From the NCBI GenBank assembly GCA_965645245.1, contig OZ287067.1, positions 1,798,001 to 1,862,000 of the forward strand: a stretch of DNA of 64,000 nucleotides, in the 5' to 3' direction. Below, in pieces: positions 46,116 to 55,992 of the stretch. This DNA comes from Massalongia carnosa (Eukaryota). The notes under the pieces are model-generated. The model was not told where the DNA came from. It saw only the letters and a program-made list of their open reading frames with translations, and did not search any database. The number at the start of each line of letters is the position of its first letter. Position 1 is the stretch's first letter. A program made the position numbers and the translations under genes.

Positions 46116-47051
46116 ATGTCTCTTCCTGACATCAACAGTTCTACAGAGAAGCCTCACCTTCTAGAGAACTCGGAACACTACTCAGCATGGGCTAGTTACA
46201 CCAGAGGTATTCTGCTGAAGAATAACTGTGACACAGCCATTCTGGAAATCCAACCAGAGATCTCATTGGACTCCATCAGAGAGAGCCTCATCGTATCAGG
46301 GTTTACTCCGGCCAGTCTTACTACCAGCATCCTCGTCAAAGAACTTCGGGATGATAAGAACAGACAGAAAACCGAGATGACCAAGGCTATTGGAATCATC
46401 CATGGACTGGTTGCACCATGTCACTACAACCTCATCAATAACAAGACCGCTGCCGAGATGTGGGCCATTCTGAAGAATAGATTCCAGGACGTGGCACCAA
46501 TGAGCATCACGGATGTCATCTTGAGGGTTAGTACGAAAAAGATGAGAGACTTCGACACAGTCAGTCAATACTGTTCAGAGTATGACGGTGCCTTCAATCA
46601 GATCAAGGGCATGTTGATCGAAGAGGTCAAGGTGAACGTCGACTCCATAGAGTTTGTACTTCAGGGAATGCTGCTTGGTAACTGCACAGACAAGTATGAC
46701 CCGCTCATTGCACAACTCCGCAGGGACTGGACGCACGACACCACAAACCTTTCGGAAACAACAAAAATCCTCATAGCCTATGCACGAAACCTAACTGTCA
46801 AGGCTTTTCACACTGGCGCTTCCAACAGAGGTAGAGCACCTATCGGAAGTTGCACCGTTCCAGAGTGTGTAAATAGGAACAGAACACGACATTGGCCAGA
46901 TGAGTGTTTCCAGAAATTCCCCCATCTAAAACGGGCGAGAGGAGACACGGCTGAATCAGGGAGGGTCAAGAGACAAAAGAACTCCAAGCCAGAAGTCACC
47001 ACGTCAACTCCAGGCACCACAGTCACTACAACTCCCACAGTGAGCAGTTGA
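46116..47051 (+). CDS. gag: Copia-2 Gag
   Basis: HYSAW, TAAEMWAILKNRF, CTVPEC...HWPDEC knuckle variant; ends in TGA. Confidence 0.88.
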   Translation: MSLPDINSSTEKPHLLENSEHYSAWASYTRGILLKNNCDTAILEIQPEISLDSIRESLIVSGFTPASLTTSILVKELRDDKNRQKTEMTKAIGIIHGLVAPCHYNLINNKTAAEMWAILKNRFQDVAPMSITDVILRVSTKKMRDFDTVSQYCSEYDGAFNQIKGMLIEEVKVNVDSIEFVLQGMLLGNCTDKYDPLIAQLRRDWTHDTTNLSETTKILIAYARNLTVKAFHTGASNRGRAPIGSCTVPECVNRNRTRHWPDECFQKFPHLKRARGDTAESGRVKRQKNSKPEVTTSTPGTTVTTTPTVSS

Positions 47052-50000
47052 CTCACAGTGGTCATGACTACCACTCTACAGAAGGTCATGACCATCAACC
47101 ATCTCAACAGAGACACCTGGCTACTAGACAGCGCAGCGGACATGCACGTATGCAATCACAGGCCGTCGTTCATCAACTACATAACACGCTCCACAGGTCT
47201 GGCAGGATCTACATCAGATGGCACGTCTCCAGGGAGGGGAATGATCCGGAAAACGTTGGCACTACAGGACGACTCACCCTCGTCAGTGTTAATACTGAAC
47301 AACGTTCTTTTCATTCCACAGTGTCCAGTGAACCTCGTCAGTCTGGCACTACTCAACCAAAACAACATCTACTATGACAATGTACACTGGACCCTATTCA
47401 ACGGGATTAGTCAGAACATCATAGGCTATGTGCCAAGAGTCAATACAAACTTTGTACTAAAGACCTTGGACGCCCCAGACGTGGCTACACATCTTATGCA
47501 GACAGATGAGAGCACCTTTCAGTGGCCGAACACATCAGTCTACCACACGTCAGCCATAACAGACCTGTCAACATGGCATGCGCGTCTTGGTCATTTAAAC
47601 CTGATCACCTGCCGAGCTTTTCTGAAAAGACTCGATGTGTCGTACTCAGACAACGTGAACAAAGATTGGTACTGTTCATCCTGTGAACTCGGAAAGGCCA
47701 CTAAGATATACAACCGGACACCTCAGGAGAGAGCAACAGGCATCTTTCAAAAGGTTCATTCCGATCTAGTAGGACCCATCAAACCAGCAGGACTTCTTGA
47801 AGAACAGTACTTCTTTACCTTCACCTGCGATGCCAGCAGATACACTCATGTGTATACAGGCATCAAGAAGAGCGAATGGTTTGATCATCTGTTGACATAC
47901 TACAGTCTAGCTCAGAACAAGACAGGAAAGAGCAAGCCAATAAACATCTTTCGAACTGATTTCGGCACAGAACTTCGAAGTCTGAAATCGGATGATTGGT
48001 TCCTGAAAGAAGGGATAACGTTTGAACCCTCCGCACCGTATTCACAGGAACAAAACGGTGTGTCTGAACGAACAGGCAGAACTATCATGGACATGACTAG
48101 ATGTACCATCATTGCAGGAGGCATTCCGGACTACCTATGGACAGAGGTGATTTTAGCTATGGTTCACACAAAAAACGTCAGACCTACAAATGCTTTATCC
48201 GGAAAGACCCCATTTGAAATTTACGAGTCAAAGTCACCTCCTCTGAATCATCTGCGAGTGTTGGGATCAACCGTGTATGTCCTCATTCATGAGGAAGAAC
48301 GCAAAGGCGCCAACAGCAAATCGGCCAAATTTCTACCTCGGGCCCAACGCGGAGTCTTGTGTGGGTACGATGGATGCACAATCTATCGAGTCTTTCTGGA
48401 AAAGGACTACAGGGTCATCAGGGTCAAAGATCTGCGCATTCACGAAGACGCCATCTCCAAAGACCAGACCAACGTTCCTACATACGAGGCCATCATGACT
48501 CCCGATACAGTCACTCCATCAAAATCAACAGTCATTTCATCCCCCACAACGATTCCAAAACGTGGACGTGGCAGACCCAGGAAGCATGCTCAGATAGAAC
48601 ACGCATTGTCTCTTCTATCAGACACAGCTTTAGATGAACCCAATCATACTCCTACATACGATGACATAGACACAGAGGATCCACTCGTTCTTCTTGCCAG
48701 AACCTTGGAAAAGGAAGGATCATCAGGATTGGAAGACTATGACGCACTGTCTCAACTCGACATAGCTGAACCTCAGACATACCATCAAGCTATGAAAGGT
48801 CCACATTCCGAAAGCTGGAGTCGTTCCATGGACAATGAACACAACAGTCTTCTCGAGAACGAAACATGGACTCTTGTCAGAACCGAGGATATGGAGCCCA
48901 ATCATACTGCTCTCAGTGGAAAATGGGTATACAAACTGAAACGAGACGTCAATGGAAATATCACACGGTACAAATCCAGATGGGTGGTGAAAGGCTATCT
49001 CCAGCAGTACGGAGTAGATTTCGAACAGACCTATGCCTCCGTAGTGAAACCAATGGCCTTCCGATTATTGTTTGCCATAGCAGCTCATCATGACTTGGAC
49101 ATCGAACAGCTTGATGTCGTCACAGCATTCTTGTATGGGGTAATAGATCAATTGATTTACGTCCAAATGCCCAAAGGATATGAAAAAGCGGGCATGATCT
49201 GCAAACTGAACAAGGCTCTCTATGGCCTGAAACAATCTCCACGCCTATGGTATGAAAGGCTATCCGAATTTCTACTTACCAAGCTGGGTCTGTCCAAACT
49301 TCACGCAGATCATAGTATCTTCTCCTCTTCGGCAGGAATAAGAGGTCCAATTGTTACCTCCTTCGTTGATGATCTGAACATCATAGGTCCAAAGGGATCT
49401 CCTATGATATCTGAAGTCAAGAAACAACTGAACATTGCGTTCAAGATGGTGGACATGGGCCCAATCAGTCATTATCTAGGCCTAAAGGTAGAACGAAATC
49501 GCGATAACAGAACAATCAAACTATCTCAATCTACCTACATCGAAAAGGTCCTGGAGAAGTTTCATATGCAGAACGCGAAAACTACCACCACCCCAATGAA
49601 AGAAGGCAGTCTATTCAGAAATGAATCCCAGGCCTCAGAATCAGACATTAAACAGTATCAAGCAATCGTCGGCTCCATCATGTTTGCTATGATAGAAACA
49701 AGGCCTGACATTGCCTACGCGACCTCAGTGGTCAGCCGACATGCCAAAAATCCTGGCAAATCACACATGGAGGCAGCCAAGCAGATTCTCAGATATCTCA
49801 GTGCAACCAGAGACAGAGGCATTACCTTTGGTGGCGGAGATTTGTCTATACAGGGCTATTCCGATTCTGATTGGGCCGGTGACAAGGAAGACCGCAAGTC
49901 CACCTCCGGATACGTCTTCATGCTGAACAATGGACCAATCAGTTGGGCCTCAAAAAGACAGAAAACCGTTGCCCTCTCATCCACAGAAGCCGAATATATG

Positions 50001-50354
50001 GCACTCACCTTAGCTGCTAAGGAGACCATATGGATACGCTTATTGATGACAGAACTCGGGCTGATGCAGGATGATGCTACTCCGACAGTGAATGTACTTG
50101 AAAGGGAAGGCGCTATAGCATTGAAAGGTGATAATCAGAGTGCTATAGCACTGGCCAATAATCCCGTCTTACATTCAAGGACTAAGCACATCGACATTCA
50201 GCATCACTTCATACGGAATGAGGTCACAGAGGGTCGAATAGACCTTACCTATGTTTCAACAGAACACATGGTAGCGGACGGACTGACCAAACCGCTTACC
50301 CACGTCAAATTCTTCTCCTTCATCAGACAACTTCACATGAATTCATCTAGTTGA
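47052..50354 (+). CDS. pol: Copia-2 Pol (PR-IN-RT-RH), in frame with gag after a single TGA
   Basis: WLLDSAADMH; WHARLGH..CSSC, HSDLVGP, RTDFGTE, QEQNGVSER; LDVVTAFL, LYGLKQSPR, FVDD; YSDSDWAG, DNQSA, TKHIDI. Confidence 0.95.
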   Translation, partial: LTVVMTTTLQKVMTINHLNRDTWLLDSAADMHVCNHRPSFINYITRSTGLAGSTSDGTSPGRGMIRKTLALQDDSPSSVLILNNVLFIPQCPVNLVSLALLNQNNIYYDNVHWTLFNGISQNIIGYVPRVNTNFVLKTLDAPDVATHLMQTDESTFQWPNTSVYHTSAITDLSTWHARLGHLNLITCRAFLKRLDVSYSDNVNKDWYCSSCELGKATKIYNRTPQERATGIFQKVHSDLVGPIKPAGLLEEQYFFTFTCDASRYTHVYTGIKKSEWFDHLLTYYSLAQNKTGKSKPINIFRTDFGTELRSLKSDDWFLKEGITFEPSAPYSQEQNGVSERTGRTIMDMTRCTIIAGGIPDYLWTEVILAMVHTKNVRPTNALSGKTPFEIYESKSPPLNHLRVLGSTVYVLIHEEERKGANSKSAKFLPRAQRGVLCGYDGCTIYRVFLEKDYRVIRVKDLRIHEDAISKDQTNVPTYEAIMTPDTVTPSKSTVISSPTTIPKRGRGRPRKHAQIEHALSLLSDTALDEPNHTPTYDDIDTEDPLVLLARTLEKEGSSGLEDYDALSQLDIAEPQTYHQAMKGPHSESWSRSMDNEHNSLLENETWTLVRTEDMEPNHTALSGKWVYKLKRDVNGNITRYKSRWVVKGYLQQYGVDFEQTYASVVKPMAFRLLFAIAAHHDLDIEQLDVVTAFLYGVIDQLIYVQMPKGYEKAGMICKLNKALYGLKQSPRLWYERLSEFLLTKLGLSKLHADHSIFSSSAGIRGPIVTSFVDDLNIIGPKGSPMISEVKKQLNIAFKMVDMGPISHYLGLKVERNRDNRTIKLSQSTYIEKVLEKFHMQNAKTTTTPMKEGSLFRNESQASESDIKQYQAIVGSIMFAMIETRPDIAYATSVVSRHAKNPGKSHMEAAKQILRYLSATRDRGITFGGGDLSIQGYSDSDWAGDKEDRKSTSGYVFMLNNGPISWASKRQKTVALSSTEAEYMALTLAAKETIWIRLLMTELGLMQDDATPTVNVLEREGAIALKGDNQSAIALANNPVLHSRTKHIDIQHHFIRNEVTEGRIDLTYVSTEHMVADGLTKPLTHVKFFSFIRQLHMNSSS

Positions 50355-50656
50355 GTTCACACCGCGCAGCGCGGTTTTGATCATCAGAACAAGTACTGGC
50401 AGAACTTGAGGGAGGGTGTTGAATGTTCAACTTCTACCAGCATTGCCTAGCCGATAGATTAGATAATATCAGATCTAATCTAAGCGCATAGAGGCTCGGA
50501 TAAACTATTATCATCTCGCTTAGCAGAGGTGACCAAGATAAAGGAACAGATTGCTCTGCACTCCGTAGCAACTCTGCATCCTTAACATCATGGTCATACA
50601 GGCCCCTATCTTTACATAGTCATATAGCCATAGTCATAGACCTATTCAACAATTTC

Positions 50657-52214
50657 ATTGGAATAATGTATGCAATTCATCAATAAGTGTTCTGGCGTTT
50701 GACGTTCGTTGCAGCGCCCTGTGCATTTTGACGAATTATAATCTTTCAATCGGTGCAGATATGATCGAAAATAACCGTGTCCGAATTTCATTTGCATAAT
50801 AGTCGCAAATATTAATTTCGAACAATTATTCGACAGATAATAAAAATTCGATTTACCCGGCTGCATTTCGAATTTCTCATAGTATTTGCCTTTTGACTTG
50901 CATTGTTGCCATTGATTCGCCCATGTGGCTAACATATTTCGATTTATTTGACCCTTTACATAATCAAATGTTATTATGGAAGACTCGACGAGGATTCGAC
51001 TATGTCCCGCTTTTGCTGCTTTATCTGCAATTTCATTTTTGAGGATTTTCGAATGACTAGGAATCCATTGTAGAACCACCTGATAATTGTTTCCGAATAA
51101 GCATTTCGAGAATTTTCGAATTTGTTTTGCGTAAGTATGATTTGTCAAGTTCTGAATTTCGTTTATCGCGTTTATGCTATCGGAAAAAATCCAAATCGTT
51201 TTTTCCAAATTGAAGAGAATATTCGCAATTGTCAATTTGTATGCCCATTTTATTGCTTGTAGTATCGCATACAGTTCAGCGTTTTTAACGCTTGACTGCT
51301 TGTTTAATTTCCAGCTTTTCGAAATCGTATGATGTTTGAGGAGACAATCTTTTTCGATAAAACGATTGAAGTTATCGGTGAAATTGTTCCAATTTCGCAT
51401 AATTGGTGCAAATGTGACAGCGGAAGTTGAAAACTCGGTTTTTGATCCATCGGTATAGAGTAAAATTCGCGATTTATCGACGTTTATTGATTGAATTTTT
51501 GATAAAGTCGAATAATAACTTGACTTTGCTGTTTCTTTAGATCTTTCGATTTGGAACTTGATTTTACAAGACGGCTTCCATGGTTTTATGAAATTATTTA
51601 CTGATTCGAATTCATCAGTTTTGTGAACTATATCCGAAACGGAATGAAGAATACGGATAAGCTGACTAGGATGAGGTTTACTCGATTTTTTCTCGTCTTC
51701 GTTCCATTCAGCATATCTGTTGTTCCATAAACTAGTGTCAAAACCGATGTTTTCGAATTTCACAGAATAGGTACTGGGAATTCTTTGACAAATAGGATTA
51801 TTTTCGGCAATCTTCAATAATCGAATTGCGTATTTTTGATTTTTCATCAACAATCGTAGCTTGGCTGGTAAAATATGCGATTCAATTTCCATCGCCTGAA
51901 CAGGCGTGGTTTTGAATGTGCCTAAAATCTTTCGAATCATTCGATTTTGCAGATTCTGAAATAGCTTTTCATATTTCTTTTGACCGTTATACCAGATTTC
52001 TGAGCCATAGTCCGAAATAGGAATAATGCATGACAGATAGAGCTGTCTGCATGCAGTTGGCTTTAGTCCCCATTTAGACTTCATCAAATTTTGAATTGCG
52101 AAAAACGATCGATTTGCAGAAGCAATTCGCGTTTGGACGTGTTTTTTGTAATTTAGTTTTCGGTCTAACCAGACTCCTAACCATTTGACAGAATTTTTCG
52201 GTTCTAGTATTGTC
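50657..52214 (-). CDS. LINE-A ORF2 fragment (RT C-terminus plus RNase H), open but 5'-truncated; last codons at 44107-44295
   Basis: KWLGVWLD, YTDGS, NAELYAI, FSDS, WIPSH. Confidence 0.85.
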
Positions 52215-52413
52215 TTTAACATTTTGTGTATTTTCGATGTTTGTCAACGAATGCTGTCCTGCCATTACAAAGCGGCTAATTCGTCAGTCGATTTTCGAAC
52301 ATTTAACGATATAACTATTTCACAGTTTTCATCATTGGATTGATGATTCTTGTTGCAATTCGGGCATTTGTCGACGACGTGTGCAAAAGCAATTTTTGAT
52401 TTGCAAATTGTGC

Positions 52414-53443
52414 TGTAATACGGATGGCGCTAGAGGGATACGTGATCGCCTATGGCGGTTGCGGGATTAACCAGCGTGGACTATGCCGTAGTACGAAGTC
52501 GCATAAGCCGTCGAGGCTGACACACTGCCATCTTGCCCCGAAACTTCGGAGTTAATGTTATGACGTTCTTGACTACTTACAGATCAAACACCTGTCGAGG
52601 CCGTAGTGGTAGATTACCATGGAGTGTAAGGCGGACTCCTGTGGAGACGCCGAGGAACTCTATATGGAATCTACTGGCCTACTCCGAGCTACTGGATCTC
52701 TTGATGGATCAAGAGAGGTAGCAGGAGGCACGGCTCGCTGGATGCAGCTTGAGCTAGGCTCCCCGGTGTAAACTTCAGCTTCAACCTTTATTACTACGTT
52801 GGTAGTGATGTCGGCTGAATGAATCTACATGACCTCGTTGTCTAGACCTTGTATCTAGAGGCAGGTCCGCAGTGTAGCGAGGTATTCAGTCGGAGGTAAC
52901 CTTCCATCACTAGGTAGTGGTGACGGCGAAATGAAGCTACATAGCCTGAGGTATGTAGTGAGGGATCTAGCCGGGGGTAGAATTGTTCTACCTTGCAAGG
53001 GAAGATCTAGAAGGCTGCTCGAGGCTGACTAGATGATCCAGCGAACGCCGAGTTCGTTGATGGATCCTGAGGGATGGTTGGATGTAATGCGATAAAGTCG
53101 GATGTGGATTGCAAGGCTGTAAGGCTCGCAAGGCTCCTAAGGCTTGCAAGGCTCCTAAGGTTCCAAGGCTCCCAAGGCTATAGGCTTGGGGTGAGTAGGA
53201 TAAATATCAGAACGAATCTTGTAGTATTCGTTAGCAATTAGTCTTTATTCTATAAACAACCTACGTTTGGGTCTCGGACGAGATCTCTTGGTCTAAGCAC
53301 TTCCACATCCATTAGTTCTTTGGATCACGTATACACTCGGATACTAGCACGTAGTAGCTATCTTCCACCTCTCACGCTGAGCATTTCCCCTTTCGAGATC
53401 AGTGTCGCTCGTGATAAGCTTACTGGTCTCGTAGCCCATTACA
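52414..53443. mobile_element. 1030-bp non-coding insertion, probable large solo LTR
   Basis: TGTAAT...ATTACA inverted ends; 5-bp TSD TGTGC at 52409-52413 and 53444-53448; LINE-A ORF1 resumes in register. Confidence 0.85.
53110..53187 (+). repeat. Short degenerate tandem repeat of AAGGCT-core units (8-10 bp)
   Basis: GCAAGGCTGTAAGGCTCGCAAGGCTCCTAAGGCTTGCAAGGCTCCTAAGG... Confidence 0.8.
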
Positions 53444-54295
53444 TGTGCATTCATGATTGCGTGTTTCATGGTTTTGCGCACATATGCTGCATTTCGCTTG
53501 ACTTTTGTATTGATAATGCTTGTGTCCAAATTTTTGACAATTAATAAATTGTGTGTTTGAACGAACGGAGGTAAATATTTCCGTATCACAATGTCGGCCC
53601 GCGATATTGACTCCTTTTAACGCGTTCTAGGCTATATTTCGATCATTAAATGTCAAAACAACGGATGATTTTATCTTGTTATGATATCAAGGACTGGGTT
53701 AGGGATTGAACTAATGTTTCAAAGACTGGGATTGGGTGATCAAGATATCTTTATTAATGAAGCTATAGCTAGGGGATGGTTTGCTATACAAGACGCCGGA
53801 CGAGGAGTCAACTATTTACAGGATATGTCCACTTTTTATACCTGAGCCAGCCCCTTCTTTCTCATGTTTTACCTTCACCCTAGATGAGAGATTGTCAGGG
53901 TCCTGGCCTGACCCGACATGCTCTGGTGGTCACGGGACAGCGTGACTCGCCTAAGCAGTAGCGCGCGTCGCTTGACTGGCTAGCGCGCCCACGGTAGATT
54001 ATGTTTAGGAGTTCAGCGATGATTATTCTTTTCTTTCCTTCCTTGTAGTTAAATTCTAGTTCATAGCTACTGAATAATATCAGGGCAAGCTGCCTGACAT
54101 AATTTAACTACCTTTAATGCTTATTAGTACTCTTCCAGTCTTCTAGAACTTTCAGCACATTTAGAAAGGGACAACGACCTGCTCCTTTAGCTTTCCAGAA
54201 CGACCACTCGTGAGAATTCGAGCTGGTCCTCTCTCCAGAACCTTTAGAACTTCCAGAATCGAAAGACAGAGCTCTTTCACCTCCAGAACACAGTC

Positions 54296-55901
54296 ATGAG
54301 TTCGAAAACTCCCCTGACTGCTCGAAAGGCCGGCGCTCCTCGCGAAGACGCTCAAGCAGGCCCTGCTTTTAACACTCGCGCCCGTTCCATGTCCCGTCAT
54401 TCGGCTCGTTCTGATAGTATGCCAGGGACGTTTGAAGACTCCGAGCTTACACCCGGTGAGCAGATGGGAGACGAGACAGAATGCACACTAGAAAAGACCC
54501 CGAAGGCTGGGCCAGGAAATGAGAAGGAAGGGGCTCGCGAGATTGACATCTCGGAACATCTATACTACGAACGAGAAACTCGGAAACATCCCGCACGATA
54601 CAAAATTCGCAACCTAGAAGACTTCCGAAATGCCGTCCTAGACGAGAACGAAGGTCCTCGTTGGTATGAGTTTTTGTCTAGAGCAATTCCCTATGACAAA
54701 ACACTGTACGAAAAAAGCTTCGGGCTTCATGAGAAGCTTATCAAGACCAAGAAGCATTTAGAACAATATAAGCAGATTAATGACCGTTTCGCTGACGATA
54801 AGGATGAAGACGAACGCCAAATCCTTCTTGCTCAGGAAGAGCTTTCGCATAAAGAAATTGAGTTGGAAGAAGCCCTCCAGGCCCAACAGGACTTACAGAA
54901 AGAGAAGGAGAATCTTGAGCGACGGCTAGCAGCTCCGACTCCTCTCGTGGCCAACGGGAGGACACTGCTACAACCCAGAGCACCACTATAAATCCCCAGA
55001 ACTGGCGTCCACGTGGCATTCACCCCAGCAAGCCTCTGAAAGGCGAAGACGCTGAGGAATATAGTCCTTGACAATACTCACTCCGAAACAAGCTTAATAC
55101 CGATTCTCCGCTTTACGCCAACGAGGGCGAAAAGGTCAGTTATGCTCTATCGCAAATGGAAGCGCCTATCTTTAGGGCTATGCACTCCTGGGTCGTCGAC
55201 ATGGGTGACTCTCTCACCATTGACGCTCTGTTCGACGAGATCGAACATTATATGGGCATACATCTCCAGAGTCGAGATGCCAAGAAAGAACTCATCACCA
55301 TCACAATGAAGAGTGGTGAAAAAGCGTAAGCGAGTATTATCATCGAATTTTTAAGCTTTGGCAAAAGGCCAAAATCCCCATCGACGAGAGGATAGAGAAG
55401 TTTCTTGTAACATTGAAGCCAAGCATCTCTAATTCACTGATGGGTTCAGTTTTCACCGACTTTCGTCCCTTGCTCGACGAAGCTAGGAGAATCGAAGAGC
55501 GACGCAAGGATGTCGCTCACTACTTTCCTCGGCCAGAGAAGTCTGGTCCGTCAAAGAACTCTGGTCGCGAAGGCAAGTCCTCGAGTGGACAAACATCCAT
55601 TTCCGATTCTCGTCAATCGAGTGCAAAAGAGAAGAAGTCGGGTGATCATCCAAACTCCAAGTTCAGCGCCACGATAGTCAAACCCGCTGGTTGGATAGGG
55701 GTTTGGTACGATCCTGACCCCAACCCCAAAAAGTTGGAGAAGGAAGAGCGAGAGACATTGTCGCGTCAGGGACGCTGTTGGGCATGTCGGGGGTCAGGTC
55801 ATCGAGGAAACGACTCGATCTGCCCTTAATTTAAAGAAAAGAAGCTTAACACTACAAGAATTGTTGAGATAGACTCTGACTCCGAGTCGGGAAAAGCTTA
55901 G
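54296..55901 (+). pseudogene. gag: Gypsy-F gag, disrupted
   Basis: Fragments at 54296-54991 and 55413-55829 (CWACRGSGHRGNDSIC) in different frames; premature TAA at 55827-55829. Confidence 0.75.
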
Positions 55902-55992
55902 TCCTTGATCAAAATCGCGATCAAGGACGTCTTAAGAAAGATGTCATTTGTGAAATTGGTAGCGCTGAAATGAAGACAGTAAGGGTCTCTAG

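Larger units (their letters stand above)
44296..50651 (+). mobile_element. Ty1/Copia element Copia-2, intact and young
   Basis: 235-bp LTRs at 44296-44530 and 50417-50651, identical by eye; TSD ATTTC; primer-binding site GGTTATGAGCCC at 44531; PPT GAGGGAGGG. Confidence 0.96.
38014..52214 (-). mobile_element. LINE-A (A2) 5'-truncated copy, about 2 kb net, inserted into the A1 host and itself interrupted by Gypsy-D and Copia-2
   Basis: Poly(T) at 38013-38024. TSD TTTAACATTTTG(T) at 38001-38013 and 52215-52227. Pieces: 38014-38223, 44084-44295, 50657-52214. Confidence 0.93.
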
